Source: Octopus vulgaris
Taxonomy: Eukaryota
Length of the DNA stretch: 64,000 bases
Assembly: GCA_951406725.2 (NCBI GenBank)
Contig: OX597831.1
Span: forward strand, 37,138,001-37,202,000
Direction of reading: 5' to 3'
Part shown: positions 13,570 through 27,447 of the stretch, piece by piece
How positions within the stretch are numbered: the stretch's first letter is position 1
Layout of the letters: each line of letters opens with the position of its first letter
Translations under genes and position numbers: made by a program
Notes under the pieces: model-generated
Told to the model about the DNA's origin: nothing
Database searches by the model: none
Seen by the model: the letters and a program-made list of their open reading frames with translations, nothing else

Positions 13570-13900
13570 CAAAACTACATGTGGTGTGGGAGATGTAATT
13601 ACGAGTATTGCATCAGCTGCGAGAGCAAGTGGATTTTTCTGCTCAAGAATAAATGGAAACGTGAAACGTTCTGGTGGGTAACTCGTGTAGAATTTTGCCC
13701 TGTTTGTTTTCGTTTATACCAAGAAAAAGAAAATGGAGGTTCTGAAAGAATGGGGGTGATCGAAGGCTCGAATTGTAAAAGTAGGATTATACGGAAGGTA
13801 ATGTATTTAAATGTTAGCTAACTCTGTGAAATGTCTGAGAGGATAGAACTCAGTTAGAAAGTATCAAGGTAAGGGCGCGGTGGTGCGGATCGATACCAGA
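13570..13900 (-). mobile_element. Possible PLE RT-endonuclease linker remnant
   Basis: LLQFEPSITPILSEPP...YKRK and CSRS*CNTRNYI resemble the PP...KR and Cx4Cx2C linker of Neptune-like PLEs. Confidence 0.35.
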
Positions 13901-14618
13901 GCGCAACAGAAGAGAACATTGATGAAGAGTTTGTCGTAATGTTCTAAAAGGGAAAAACGAAGATCATTGATTTTGACAAAATTAGTCTTTACTACCCAGA
14001 CGATACAAACAGAAGTATTCAAAGAAGATGGTGGATTTGGTGTCTATACAACTAGAAGGAACGTCAGTAGGCTCTGTAGTGAAAGACTGGTAGAGACATG
14101 GTAGGTTGTCAATTTTTAATGGAATTGATCAGGACCAACTGGTGTTGCTATGTTAAGTAATAAATTAATTCGACCATCCAATATTGAAATTTTCCAAATA
14201 AAAATATTAATCATTCGATGTTGAATTCCTCCAAATATTGGATTTATATGTATAATTTTACACCCAAAGCAAAAACATCAAAATAAAATATTTACATAAA
14301 TGGTGGTGGTGGAAGGTAATGTAAACATTTTTCCTAGGAAATCATTTAAATACACAAAATAACATCAAAACTATTTTAATGAATTTTGGATAAGGCCTGA
14401 AAAAATAATTTGCAAAAATTATCAATGGCAGCAGATTAAATTCCCGAATATTCCTAAGAATAATATCTACATATTTATAAAAGAGATGAATCTGTACGTT
14501 GGTAATCTATGTATCCATATGTATGTGTTTGTATATATAGATGCACATATATAGAGATAGACACATAAATATACACACCTAGTAAATTTATAATATATAA
14601 ATAAATTTATGCATGTAC

Positions 14619-14656
<38 letters not shown>

Positions 14657-16382
14657 CACACACACACTCTCTCTCTCTCACACACACACACACATAAATA
14701 TATATATATATATACAGACATATGTACCATGTATATACAATGTATATATATATATTATAAATATATGTATGTACATATATATATACATTATTTAAAATAT
14801 GTGTTATGATGTGCATATATATATATTATACACACTAAATAATATACCGTAACTAACAACATAATATATATATACATGTATGAGTGTGTGCGTACGTGTG
14901 TGTGTGTGTGCGCGTGCACATAATTATATATATACTGCTGGTTACACGATAATTAAATATACAGTGAATTTATATTAACAAAAAAAATCAGAAATGTAAA
15001 CTTCATAATTATTTTAGCAGTTTGCTTTCAGATAAATCCATTAAAAGCAAATTATATTATTAATTTCATGCAATTCATAAAAAAGTTACACCTTTCTAAA
15101 AGAGAAAATCTGATAACGGAGGACAGAGTGTATCTTCCGCAGTAAGATCTAAGGGTAAGCGTTTTAACCCTCCGTCCAAGAGCTGTTGCTTTCCAATGCA
15201 AATTGTTAGGAATTTTGTTGTATCTCGGGAGGGTCACTATGCTAACAATAGACACACAGACACACACACATTCATTTATGAAAATGGTTAACCATTTAAC
15301 CAATTAGTTTATCGGTTGCTAGCTTAATCGTCCAGTTACTTAATCAATCAGCTAAGATTATTTATCAATGTCCTTTCGTCGGCATTTGCGGCCCTTAAAA
15401 CAATATGACTTTTCTACTCAAGCACTGCTTCACATCTATCTGTCTCTTTGTTTATAGATTTTATACTTATGTGGTTATATAGATCCTTCATCTCATAATA
15501 CTCATCTACATCCTTAAAACCTCTGTCTGTACTTATTATTGGGATAATGGCCCTGCTAAGATGCAACAAAATTTTACAAGACATGAAGTATCTCGCTAAC
15601 CAAATAAATATAGGAACGAACTGTTACAAACTTGTTTTGAAAATACACAAATTAAACATCATACATATAGAACACTCGCAAGCGGGTTTCATTAGCTAAC
15701 GTATACGATGCATTCGTTAATTATCTTGGGTGACCATGTTATCGCGTGCATATATAGATACACACTTAGTCCTCTTACTCGTGACCCAAAAGAACATTTA
15801 GAAGGTGACAGCCTAATGGAGAGAAGGTAGCGCCAATACTGGTCTGCAACTAATTTTCACTCTAAGAAATGAGTTCTTATTTCCTATTTCAAATTTTAGG
15901 GAATTCTATTTCTTTGTTTTTCCTCCTCTTTCTTTACGATCCTGGAATCAAATGCTTATGATGAGTTGATAAGTAACAACTTCGCTTTTCTTTAACTTTG
16001 ATTTCAATATCCAGTCTATTGTTTTCTAATTTCTTGTCCATTTGAATTGGAAATCCCACAAAAACTTACATTTCTCCGTGGCAGATAGATAGAGAGCTAG
16101 CTAGCTAGATAGATATATAGATAGATAGATAGATAGATAATGTGTAAATTAGAAAGAGTTATTGCTCACAGTGGTTATTGTTTATTAAGGGAAATGTAAG
16201 AACAAAATTCATCGGAATAAAATTTATTGTCTGTATGAATAGAAAATTATTGCGATTGATTTGTTCGACTAAACCCTTCAAGATTATGTCCCTTGACATG
16301 GCCCTGAAATCTGTAGTGTAATGGCCAAACAAATAAAGATGTGTACGTGTGTGCGTATGTGTGTGTGTGTGTTTGTGCAAGG

Positions 16383-16413
<31 letters not shown>

Positions 16414-17388
16414 GATAGATAGATAGATATATAGATAGATAGATAGATAGATAGATAGTGTGGAAATCAGAAACATTTATTTCACACAGCGGTTATTCTT
16501 TAAGTGAAGTGTAAGAATAAAATCTATTGGAATAAAACTGAGGAAAAACTAACAGAAAATGGCAAAGGAAAGAAAATTAATGGAAAAGTCTGTTCTTCAT
16601 TTTCTCAAGTTTGTATTTAAGAAGAAATGAAAGGTTGTCACAACGGCAAACGCATAAATGAGATGAATAAGTCAGAAAAAGGCCAATTAAGGAATGAAAG
16701 AAAAAATACATTGAAAGAGACATTTGAAAGAATGAACATATGTGAAAATAGAAGTGTATGGTATGAATGAATAATGAAAGATAAATAAAATGAAAATTGA
16801 TTAAATGAAAAAAGAAGCAATCCAATAAAGACGAATGGCGGCAAAGGTAAAAGAAAGCTAAAACAAAGGCAAAAGCTAAACAAAGAAGTCAAAAACCGAA
16901 CATAAATGCTAGAACGTAACAAAGAGTGGAAAGATAATTTCAGTGGAAATTTATATAAAAGAAAAAAAAAATTGCAAAAAAGATCGACGTATCAGAGTAA
17001 CAATTGGTTTCGTTGTTAGTTTGAGATAGAAGAGTGAAAGACTCTCACAAAAGAAAAACAAAAACAACAAAAAAAAAACAACAAAAGAAAAAAAAAGAAA
17101 AAAAACAAAAGAAAAATGCATTGTCTTCCTATTTATTAGCGAATCGGAAAATTGATGGCGTTGAGCTATTTTTAATTTTGTGGAGGCGGCTAGAATGACT
17201 GAAGTGTTAAACCTTAATACGTCTAATTTGTTATTGATTTCTTGTTTTGTTGTCTGTATGCTATGAGTAATTTAATCGCACCGGAATATTTGTTACAAAT
17301 AATACCTACCACTTTACCTGATTACATACATACAAACGTACATAAATATATCCTGGCGCATGTGCATATAAATATATATATGTATGTA

Positions 17389-17457
<69 letters not shown>

Positions 17458-18503
17458 GTGTGTGTGTTTGTGTGTGTATATATATATTTACAGATACTAA
17501 TGTATATATTAATAATTGGTTTTACGTTCTAATAAAATTAAGGTTACATTTTATGCAGTACATTTTAGTAGAGTGCAAATTTATTATTCTTTCAGAATTG
17601 TAGTATTGACAGTGACTCTGAAATTTCGGCCAGCTATACAAGTTAAGGTATAAATAATGGCTATTATATATTGTCTAATTGTAATAAATTTGTTTACAGC
17701 TGTTTCGGTCATAGTAGGTTCCTTACTGTGGTTTCGTTCATTGTAAGTTGCTTACAGCTGTTTCGTTCATTGTAGGTTCGTTTATTGATTGCTTTATTCA
17801 ATCGGTCCATTCATTGGTTGAGAAAAATTGAACAACCGAGGGAATTAATGCTACCTTCATTAGAGTCATGTCATTCTTGCGAAAACCAACGAAACAAAGA
17901 TCAACAAACAATACAGGCATAGGAAGGGGAGACAATAAGGATAAGGTGAAAGGAACAGAGATAAAGAGAAAAAGGAAAGAGAAGTGATGTATTAGAGAAA
18001 GGAATTAAAGGTAGAAGATACTACATGCCATTAATAGAGGCCGGTTAAAACGGAGAAAAACGAATCCTTCATGGCGATCCGTCTAGGAGTAATGACATTA
18101 CATTATCTAAAAACTTTAACTCGAGTTCGACCCGAAGGAGTAATAGTATAGGGATTTCAAGTTGTAACGGGGAATAGATGCAATAACGAATTAAATGCAA
18201 AAATACAAGTTATGAAAGGGCTGTTGGAGAGTGGGACCATCTCACCTCTCAAAAGAGCAAGTCACATACGATTATGGAACGCAATGGGAAGGAACAACAG
18301 AAGGACGGGATCTTTGATTTACTAGAAGATAAACCTAAACGACCCCTTAAGAATATTAGATGTAATAGCAGCCTGGCGATACTTGAAATAGACAATGGGA
18401 GTAGGGGCACTGACGGACATAAAAATAATGATAAAGATAATCAAGATGGAAGTAAACATAAATGGAACAATTGGGGAAGGAAACATGGAAACAGATTCCA
18501 ACC

Positions 18504-18668
18504 ACATTATTTACATTATTTACATTCGACAGATATTTGTCCTCATCTTGTTTGTTGTTAACACAAAGTTTCGGCTGATATACCCTCCACGGGCATATGG
18601 CGTAGTGGTTAAGAGCACGGGCTACTAACCCCAAGATTCTGAGTTCAATTCCAAGCAGTGACCTGAAC

Positions 18669-18754
<86 letters not shown>

Positions 18755-18969
18755 CAACAACAACAACAACAATAATAATAACAACATCGAAAAATACCTT
18801 AGGAATGAGAACTCAGGTTCGAAATTTCCCCAAAATACATGAAAAAGGCTGGAGAGTATATCAGCCGAAACGCTATGTTAACAACAAACAAGATGAGGAC
18901 AAATATCCGTCGAAAGTAAATAATGTAAATAATGTGCATAATTCCTCATCTCTGAAATATAGAAATGTC
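18504..18969 (+). mobile_element. Composite tRNA-head plus HHR-tail non-autonomous retroelement with inverted terminal copy
   Basis: 86-bp inverted arms 18504-18589 and 18850-18935; A box 18598-18608; B box 18643-18651; (AAT)n; degenerate HHR 18835-18878; gattccaacc duplicated at 18494-18503 and 18970-18979. Confidence 0.8.
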
Positions 18970-19840
18970 GATTCCAACCGCGTAAAGAAAAGACAAATCT
19001 AGGAAAATTGTATGGTTCAACGTTCCATTTGGAGACAAAATCGCCACTAACGCCCCGAGAAAATTTTGTCCGGCGCTTGACAAACATTTCCCTCTGTCAA
19101 GCCGATGTAGGAGGTTGCTTAACCGACAGTCTGTGAGATTTGCTGACTCCACTGTAAAATGAAAACCAAGGAACAAAAATAAACAAACAAACAAGAAAAA
19201 TCTAGCACAAATAATAGCATCTCAGGTTAAGGGAATTTGAAACTTTACTCTGAGCCACCCCAGAGCAGAATAGAACTACCGAAAACAACAAGGATCGGAA
19301 GGAATATACGAATAATTTTGATAATAGGAGTAACTATAACTACTAATAGGAGTGGTAAGAAATGTATTAGTTAAGCTGCTAATAGTAAAGAGAAGTGTAA
19401 CAATAATAGTGGTACTTAAGAGAGTATGACAACCGAAATATTGGTGCTGCGAATGATAGGTTGAAGACGGGTGAAATGGATACTAGAGATAATGATAGCA
19501 TAAGCAAGAATAAGGATAATAACATTGGTAATAATATTAATGGCAACATCGTTTCTAAGAGTAAGTCTGTGAATAAGAATAGGAATAAAGACCATAATTA
19601 TTATAAATGTAATTATTGTAATAGTGATAAGGATATAAATTCTAGAAGAGCTAATAAGGGCGAGGAGATGACAGAGTACGATTAAAGAAATAAGAAGCCG
19701 ACAATGGGAAAATTGATGGAAAAATATGGTGGTAGAAATGTGGTGAGAAATACTGGAAATATAGGCATCAAAAGTCACGGTAGGACAGGAAACACCATAC
19801 AAGTTAAGCATAATTAGGGAGGAAAATATAAATATAAATG

Positions 19841-19900
<60 letters not shown>

Positions 19901-19902
19901 GA

Positions 19903-20036
<134 letters not shown>

Positions 20037-20056
20037 TAATAATAATAATAATAATA

Positions 20057-20435
<379 letters not shown>

Positions 20436-21371
20436 TAATAGGAATAATACCCAATTACAAGATCATTTATAATTTCAGAGGAGGGGACAGAACGTCCTTT
20501 AAGAAATCATGTCTTGAGAAGAAATTAGTCAACGGATGCACAGTAGTTACCCAGAATAAAACTATCGCATAGGATGTTGCGCAACGACCTTTAAGCTTCA
20601 TTACTGTAACCACACCTCGACATTTAAATACAAAGTTTAAAGAAAACTCGACATAATTTAGGAAATTAATATGACAATTTAGGGACAATAAAACTGATTA
20701 TGAATTATGAATGGTTGATACTAAGTTGTGCAAATCTATACGAAATAGGACGAATGAGATTCGAGCTTTGTCTACAGTAGTCACTACAAATACCTACGCC
20801 AGAGAGGAAACAAATTTACCGTCGACAGGAAATAGTGATACGTTGTAAGCATTTCTATAATAAATCCTTCCGCAGTATCAGAGTATCAAATTTATTTTCA
20901 TTGATCTATACTTGCAATTTCTGTTCAAATTTGTCGGTTTATTTAATGGTGTATTCTGTATATTCTCTATTATCGCTCCCGAACAGAACATCTACCCGAC
21001 CACTCGATATCATTGCAGAAAATGTAACCTGTTTTGGATGACCTATTTGACCATCTCTCTAGAGTTACTTCGACATTCGCTCAGTTCATCTGATAGATGG
21101 GTCAACTCTACCCAGTCACTCCAGCATGCTAGAAATAGCTGTTAAGGTATCCCAAGAATCAAACTCTTCTATCTTTTGAACGGAAAGATACATTGGACAA
21201 TGGTGTCTTGGATACACTGCAATAATAAAACTTACAGAAAGACTGTGGCTGGAACGTATTTTGAACAATAATCTACAGGAGCTGAGCTGCTTCGGTGTTA
21301 AACAATATCAAGAAAAGCATGCTTTATAAATACGGTTAGTTGACTTTCATAAGTAGAGTTACTTATAAAAG

Positions 21372-21790
21372 GCGTAGGAGTGGCTGTGTGGTAAGTAGCT
21401 ATAGGCAGAGGAGTGGCTGTGTGGTAAGTAGCCTGCTTAGGAACCATATGGTTCCGGGTTCAGTCCCACAGCGTGGCACCTTGGGCAAGTGTCTTCTACT
21501 ATAGCCTCGGCGCGACCAAAACCTTGTGAGTGGATTTGGTAGACGGAAACTGAAAGAAGCCCTTCGTGCATATGTATATATATATGTATAAGTCTGTATA
21601 TGATTGTGTGTCTGTATTTGTCCCCCACCACCATCATCGCTTGACAACTGATGCTGGTGTATTTACGATAGAATAAGTACTAGGCTTACAAAGAATAAGT
21701 CATGGGGTCGATTTGTTCGACTAAAGGCAGTGCTCCAGCATGGCCACAGTCACATGACTGAAACGAGAAAAAGAATAAAAGAATAAAGAG
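21372..21790 (+). mobile_element. SINE family A with duplicated head
   Basis: aggagtggctgtgtggtaagtagc occurs twice; B box gggttcagtccc; ccttgggcaagtgtcttct; tail aaagaataaaagaat. Confidence 0.85.
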
Positions 21791-22928
21791 TTACTTTATT
21801 CAATAAAACATATGATCAAATACACTTCAACCAAAATTATTGCATTTTTGCAAACAGTGTATCTAGGAATATCTCATTTCATGTGTATTTTGTTTCTATG
21901 TGTCTCGAGAAGTACCGATTTTTAATAGCGATATTTTATATTTTAATGCACCAATTTAAACTAAAATTACCCAATTGGCACTGACTCCTTTATAAAAATG
22001 AAATCATTCTCTAAGAAGGCCTAATAAGATCGAAATATACGCAGAGTTTTATCCTTATCTACGGAATATATGAGTCTCATACCATTGCAAGCAGTTACTT
22101 AATCTTTAATTTATCTAACTTTAAGAATTACTTCCCATTTTGTTTTGTATTTTATTTTTAATAAGAAGTTCATCGTTATAGTTAATGATTTTTTTCCTCC
22201 CTAGATTAATAATTCTAATAAGATTTTTTTCGCTCTGTAGGAAGGCGTCTGTAGACAACGTTGAATTACAGTATGTTAACTAAAAGTAATTCAGTAATGT
22301 AAAAGATACATTTAATGAGAATTGATGATGTATTTCTCTTTTAAAAAATTCTTATAGAATTTCATATTATGAATTCCGAAATATAAGCAGTCGGAAATAA
22401 AAACATATGATGTGTTATGAAGTTGAAAAATGTCTAATAAAAAGTTGTTAATTTAATATTTATTTAGCTAACATTGTAAGTAGGGGAAAATTTGCTAACA
22501 TAGAAATACCTATGTGCTGTCATAATGCGTAAGCCTGTGTAGCCTGCCTTTGTGTGAATGTATAAATGCATATACACTCAAACATACAGATATATATATA
22601 TATATATACATGTGAGTATGATTCCATATATGGGTGTATACATAAATTCATACATACAAATATACATACATACATAATATATACATACACAAAAATACAC
22701 ACACACGATACACACACATACATACATACATTTGTAAATGTATCTTCCACATTTAAATATTTTACATTAAATATCTCGATAATGTATAATCTTTAGTATT
22801 GTTTCATACAATAGACGAAATATTCCATTTAACTTACAATTACAATCATCATCATCATCAGCATCATCATCAACATCATTATCATGATCCCCACCACCAC
22901 CACCACCATCATCATCATTATTATTATT

Positions 22929-23328
22929 AAGGTAGCGAGCTGGCAGAATCGTTAGCACTCCGGGCGAAATGCTCAGCAGTATTTCGTTTGTCGCTACGTT
23001 CTGAGTTCAAATTCCGCCGAGGTCGACTTTGCTTTTCATCCTTTCGGGGTCGATTAAATAAGTACCAGTTACGCACTGGGGTCGATATAATCGCCTTAAT
23101 CCATTTGTCTGTCCTTGTTTGTCCCTTCTGTGTTTAGCCCCTTGTGGGTAGTAAAGAAATAGGTATTTCGCCCGTCGCTCCGTCCTGAGCTCAAATTCCG
23201 CCGTGTTAGAGTTTACTTTTCATCTTTTCGGCATCGATAAATTAAATATCAGTTGAGTACCTGAGTCCTTGTAATCGACTTGACCCATCCCCCAAAATCT
23301 CAGGCATTGTACCTATAGTAGAAAGGGT
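22929..23328 (+). mobile_element. SINE family B dimer
   Basis: Full head aaggtagcgagctggcagaatcgttagc; second unit starts at ggtatttcg. Confidence 0.85.
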
Positions 23329-23849
23329 TATTGTTATTATTATTATTAGTATTATTATTATTAATTATCATTTTCATTCTGTAGTAAATTTTTATTATTA
23401 CATCTGGAACATTGAATAGTTCCGTTTTGTGTTTCGTTACTACTAAAGGAAGGAGGTTTCCTTGTGTGTTTATTTTTCCTTTGCTTCTGTCTAAGTTGGT
23501 TCTATCATGTAACAGAATATTATTTCCAGAATTCCTCTTTGCCATACTTTTCTTGCAGATGGTTTCTAACAAAATAGTGATGGATAGCACCACAATCATC
23601 ATCATCTTTTATTAATGATTGGGTTTAAATCGCGAAGAAACGAAATCAACTTTCATCTTTCCAGTTTGTAAAGAATAAATTACCAGTTAATTACGAGGGT
23701 CAATGGTATCTACTGATGCTCTAGTTTGAAAATTGCTGGCCACTTACCAAAATCAGTAACTATTGCTAATTTATCATGAAGGTAAAAGGAAGACCACGAA
23801 TTTGCAGAATTGTTGGGAATGTGGCAAATATGCCTTACAAAATTTGTTC

Positions 23850-24500
23850 TGGCAGAAACGTTAGCACGACGAGTGAAATGCTTAGAGGTATTTCGTCTGC
23901 CGCTACGTTCTGAGTTCAAATTCGACTTTGCCTTTCATCCTTTCGGGGTCGATGAATTAAGTACCAGTTACGCACTGGGGTCGATATGATCGACTTAATT
24001 CGTCTGTCTGTCCTTGTTTGTCTCGTCTGTGTTTAGCCCCTTGTGGGTTGTAAAGAAATAGGTACTTCGTCTGCCGTTACGTTCTAAGTTCACTTTGCCT
24101 TTCGTCCTTTCGGGGTCGATAAATTAAGTACCAATTACGCAATGGGGCGATGTAATTGACTTAACCCCCTTGTTTGTCCCTTCTATGTTTAGCCCCTTGT
24201 GGGCAATAAAGAAATAAGAAATGTTAGCATGCCGGGAAAATGCTTAGCGGTATTTCATCTGTCTTTACGTCGTGAGTTCAAATTCCACTGAGGTCGAATT
24301 TGCTTTTCGGGGTCGATAAATTAAGTACCAATTGCGTACAGGGTCCTTGTGCCTAGAATAGAAAATAATTTGTTCTGGCTCTGAAGGATCTGAGTTCAAA
24401 TCCTGCTAAGTTCAACTCTAAACATCCTCGTTTCGAGAACAATAAAACAAGGTACCAGTCGTGCACTGGGGTCGATATTATCGACTCTACTCCTCCTCGT
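23850..24500 (+). mobile_element. SINE family B multimer (3-4 units)
   Basis: Repeated B box plus cctttcggggtcgat..aattaagtacca modules. Confidence 0.8.
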
Positions 24501-25341
24501 CGCACAAATACTGATGAAACCTTTACTAAAATTTGAAGGTACGTGGTTGTCTGAATTGTTAACGCACAGGAACACATTTTTAGCGGCATTTCTACCAGCT
24601 CAAATCCGAGCTCAAATCCCGTTCAGGTCTACTTGGCTTTACCTTTTTTCCGGGTCGATGAATTAAAGTACTACTTTAGTACTTGACCAATATACTTATT
24701 TTACTATGTCTCCTCAAAATCACTGCCCTTGTGTCAAAATTAGAAGCGTTGGCAAAGACGATATTCTGTTTTCTTTTTCCAATTTTTAAATAAGAAATAA
24801 AACTGAGAAGCCATTACTAGAGTTGTTCGGAATATTATTACCATTTTACGATAACATCAAAATTCGCATCCTCATAAATATCATTATTATTGTTATTATT
24901 ACCATTATTATTGAAATCATTCTTATCACATGATCTGTTTTGGCAATATGATACATTATCAAATTAGAAAGATTATGCTATATATTCACAAAGTATATTT
25001 GTTGTAGTTATTGTTATTGTTGTTATCTTGGCTTCGTTTAGCACAATAATATTGCATGATTAATCGAAATATTTTACTTCTAATTTTTTCGCCATTCATT
25101 TAATTAAATACTTACAAATTTGTAAGCATCGCATTCCTAATAATCATTCACAATTATTTGTACTAAATAACATACCAACATCACAGAGACATCGTGTGTT
25201 CTTAACAGTTGGTGTTCGAAACAACATCACTGAGCATTTCCCCATGCTGAAATCAACAATGTGAAGTGTATTCCGTGACAATGAATGCCGTGTAGGTATA
25301 GTGATAAACACGTAGAGGCACAAACATATATATATATATAT

Positions 25342-25590
25342 AAATAAGCAACAAGGATATTCAGAGGTAATGCAGTACGATCGTTTCATGCAACTCCAAT
25401 TAAATGGAGCTGCATGAAACGATCGTGCTGCATTACCTCTGAATATCCTTGTTGCTTATTTTGATTTTAATCACCTTACTTTGAAATTGTGTGGATAATA
25501 CCGTACTTAATTCTGGTGCCTCATCGTAAGTACCAAATTAATCTGAATCTAAATTTTTGCTGAACTCATCTACCATGCCCAAAGTATGTA
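25342..25590 (+). mobile_element. PLE-type end forming a 57-bp foldback
   Basis: Arms 25342-25398 and 25405-25461 (55/57 complementary) containing GAAA-cgatcg-ta; remainder homologous to 32518-32670; (TA)n flanks. Confidence 0.7.
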
Positions 25591-25620
25591 TATATATATA
25601 CATTTTTTACTTCATTTTTT

Positions 25621-25668
<48 letters not shown>

Positions 25669-26389
25669 CTGGAATGCGTTGCTGTTGGTGAGCTGGAAAT
25701 AAATCAGGAGTGGACCTTTGTGTGTATGCAAGTATAGGAGTGTGTCCATGATTGGAGACGAATGTATGGGGATGTGGTGTGGTTGTGCTGTATTTACTTG
25801 CTTGTTTTAAGTCTTAAGAGAGTGTAGTAACCATTCTCGAATTTAAATGGTAGAAGTAGTAGCGTTAAGGAATTTTTGTTGAAATTTTTGTTGAACTATT
25901 AAGAGAACTTTAAAAAACAAAAAAAAAACAGCATGGCGAAAAAGAAGGTCATCGTTCTCTTTTAAGTGAATTATTTTTGTGGGCGGATCCTCTGCCGCCA
26001 TAATCTGTAGAATTCTTTTTGCTAATGTGAAAAAACAAAATTTTCTTCGTTGTGTATTTATCATTTAATGGTGAATTCATTTTTTGTTCTTGCTATTGTG
26101 TCCGTGACTCAAGTGGAGTACCTGTTTTGGAAACTACAAGGGCCAGGAATACCGGTTGGTCAGAATTTAATTTTTTGAAGTAGCTGTTGCAGTGATTTGA
26201 ACTATCACAGTGCAAAGAACTGTCCTCGTGCTGAACTGTTATTTTTCATTTCTTATCTATCCTTATCTTATGTATAAATGCAATGTTACTAGAGTTCAAA
26301 TAAGCGTGTGGCACGTTTGGGCTTATAAACATGCCATTCCTTGTATTTTTTTCTTCATGAATAACGTTGTTTTATAAAAAAAAATTTTT

Positions 26390-26772
26390 TATTCTTTTAT
26401 TCCTTTACTTGTTTCAGTCATTTGACTGCGGCCATTTTGGAGCACCGCCTTTAGTCGAACAAATCGACACCTGGACTTATTCTCTGTAAGCTTAGTACTT
26501 ATTCTATCGGTCTATTTGGCCGAACCACCAGGTTATGGGAACGTAAACACACCAACATCGGTTGTAAAGCGATGGTGGGAGTCAAACACAGACACACACA
26601 CAAATACAGACATAAATATACGACGGTCTTCTTTCAGTTTTCGTCTACCAAATCTACTGACAAGGCTTTCCTCAGCTCCAGGCTATAGTAGAAGACACTT
26701 CGTCAAGGTGCCACGCAATGGGACTGAACCCGGAACCATGTGGTTGAGAAGCAAGCTTCTTACCACATAGCC
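26390..26772 (-). mobile_element. SINE family A
   Basis: Reverse-complement tail, body and head (gggactgaacccggaaccatgtgg). Confidence 0.85.
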
Positions 26773-26842
26773 TCTGTGGTCAACAGCGAGAATTTTTCTC
26801 CATCACAAAACACAGTGAATGACTAGTTTTTAGCAACCAAAA

Positions 26843-27447
26843 TGGATCTTTACCATTTGACCGACAAATTAAAAAAAATGAGTTTTTGTAAGTAAACACT
26901 TTCAAACTTCGGACGCTGGTAGAATGTGTCATAAAACATGTTTTACACTTAGCATTTGTGAGAAAAACTTATATTTACGAAGATATTTCACCTTAAAGTT
27001 CTCGTATTTCGGTAATTTCAACCAATCAATGACGTGTATTCAGCTGAATAAAATTACTGCTATTGTTTATCAACAACAACTATCGGCGGTGTAATTTTCG
27101 TTTGTCACTGTTACCTATGACATCGTTCGTGTGTTTGTACTGGTTTTAAGGTTTTAGGGTTAGGGTTGTCATAAATAACAGTGACAAACGAAAAATACAC
27201 CGCCAGAAGTTCTTGTTGACAAACAACAGTAGTAATTTTATTCAGCGGAATACACGTCCTTCATTGGTTGAAATTACCGAAATATGAAAACTTTAACGTG
27301 AAATATCTTCGTAAATATAAGTTTTTCTCAAAAATGCTAAGAGTAAAACATGTTTTATATGATGCATTCTACAAGTGTCCGAGGTTTGAAAGTGTTTATT
27401 TACAAAAAATTATTTTCTAAATCTGTCTGTCGAAAGGTAAACATCCC
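26843..27447. mobile_element. Foldback MITE with ~280-bp inverted repeats
   Basis: Arms 26843-27122 and 27167-27447; ends ggatctttacc / ggtaaacatccc; 44-bp spacer containing ttagggttaggg. Confidence 0.9.

Noticed and set aside
17695-17780. CRISPR-like short repeats
   Set aside because: Adjacent tandem units with no unique spacers, eukaryotic context and no cas genes.
18591-18665. Possible genuine tRNA gene (also 8967-9045 and 50638-50712)
   Set aside because: No clean acceptor stem, and each continues into a repeat body, so they are SINE heads.
27154-27165. Telomere or healed chromosome end
   Set aside because: Only two TTAGGG units, inside a MITE spacer.
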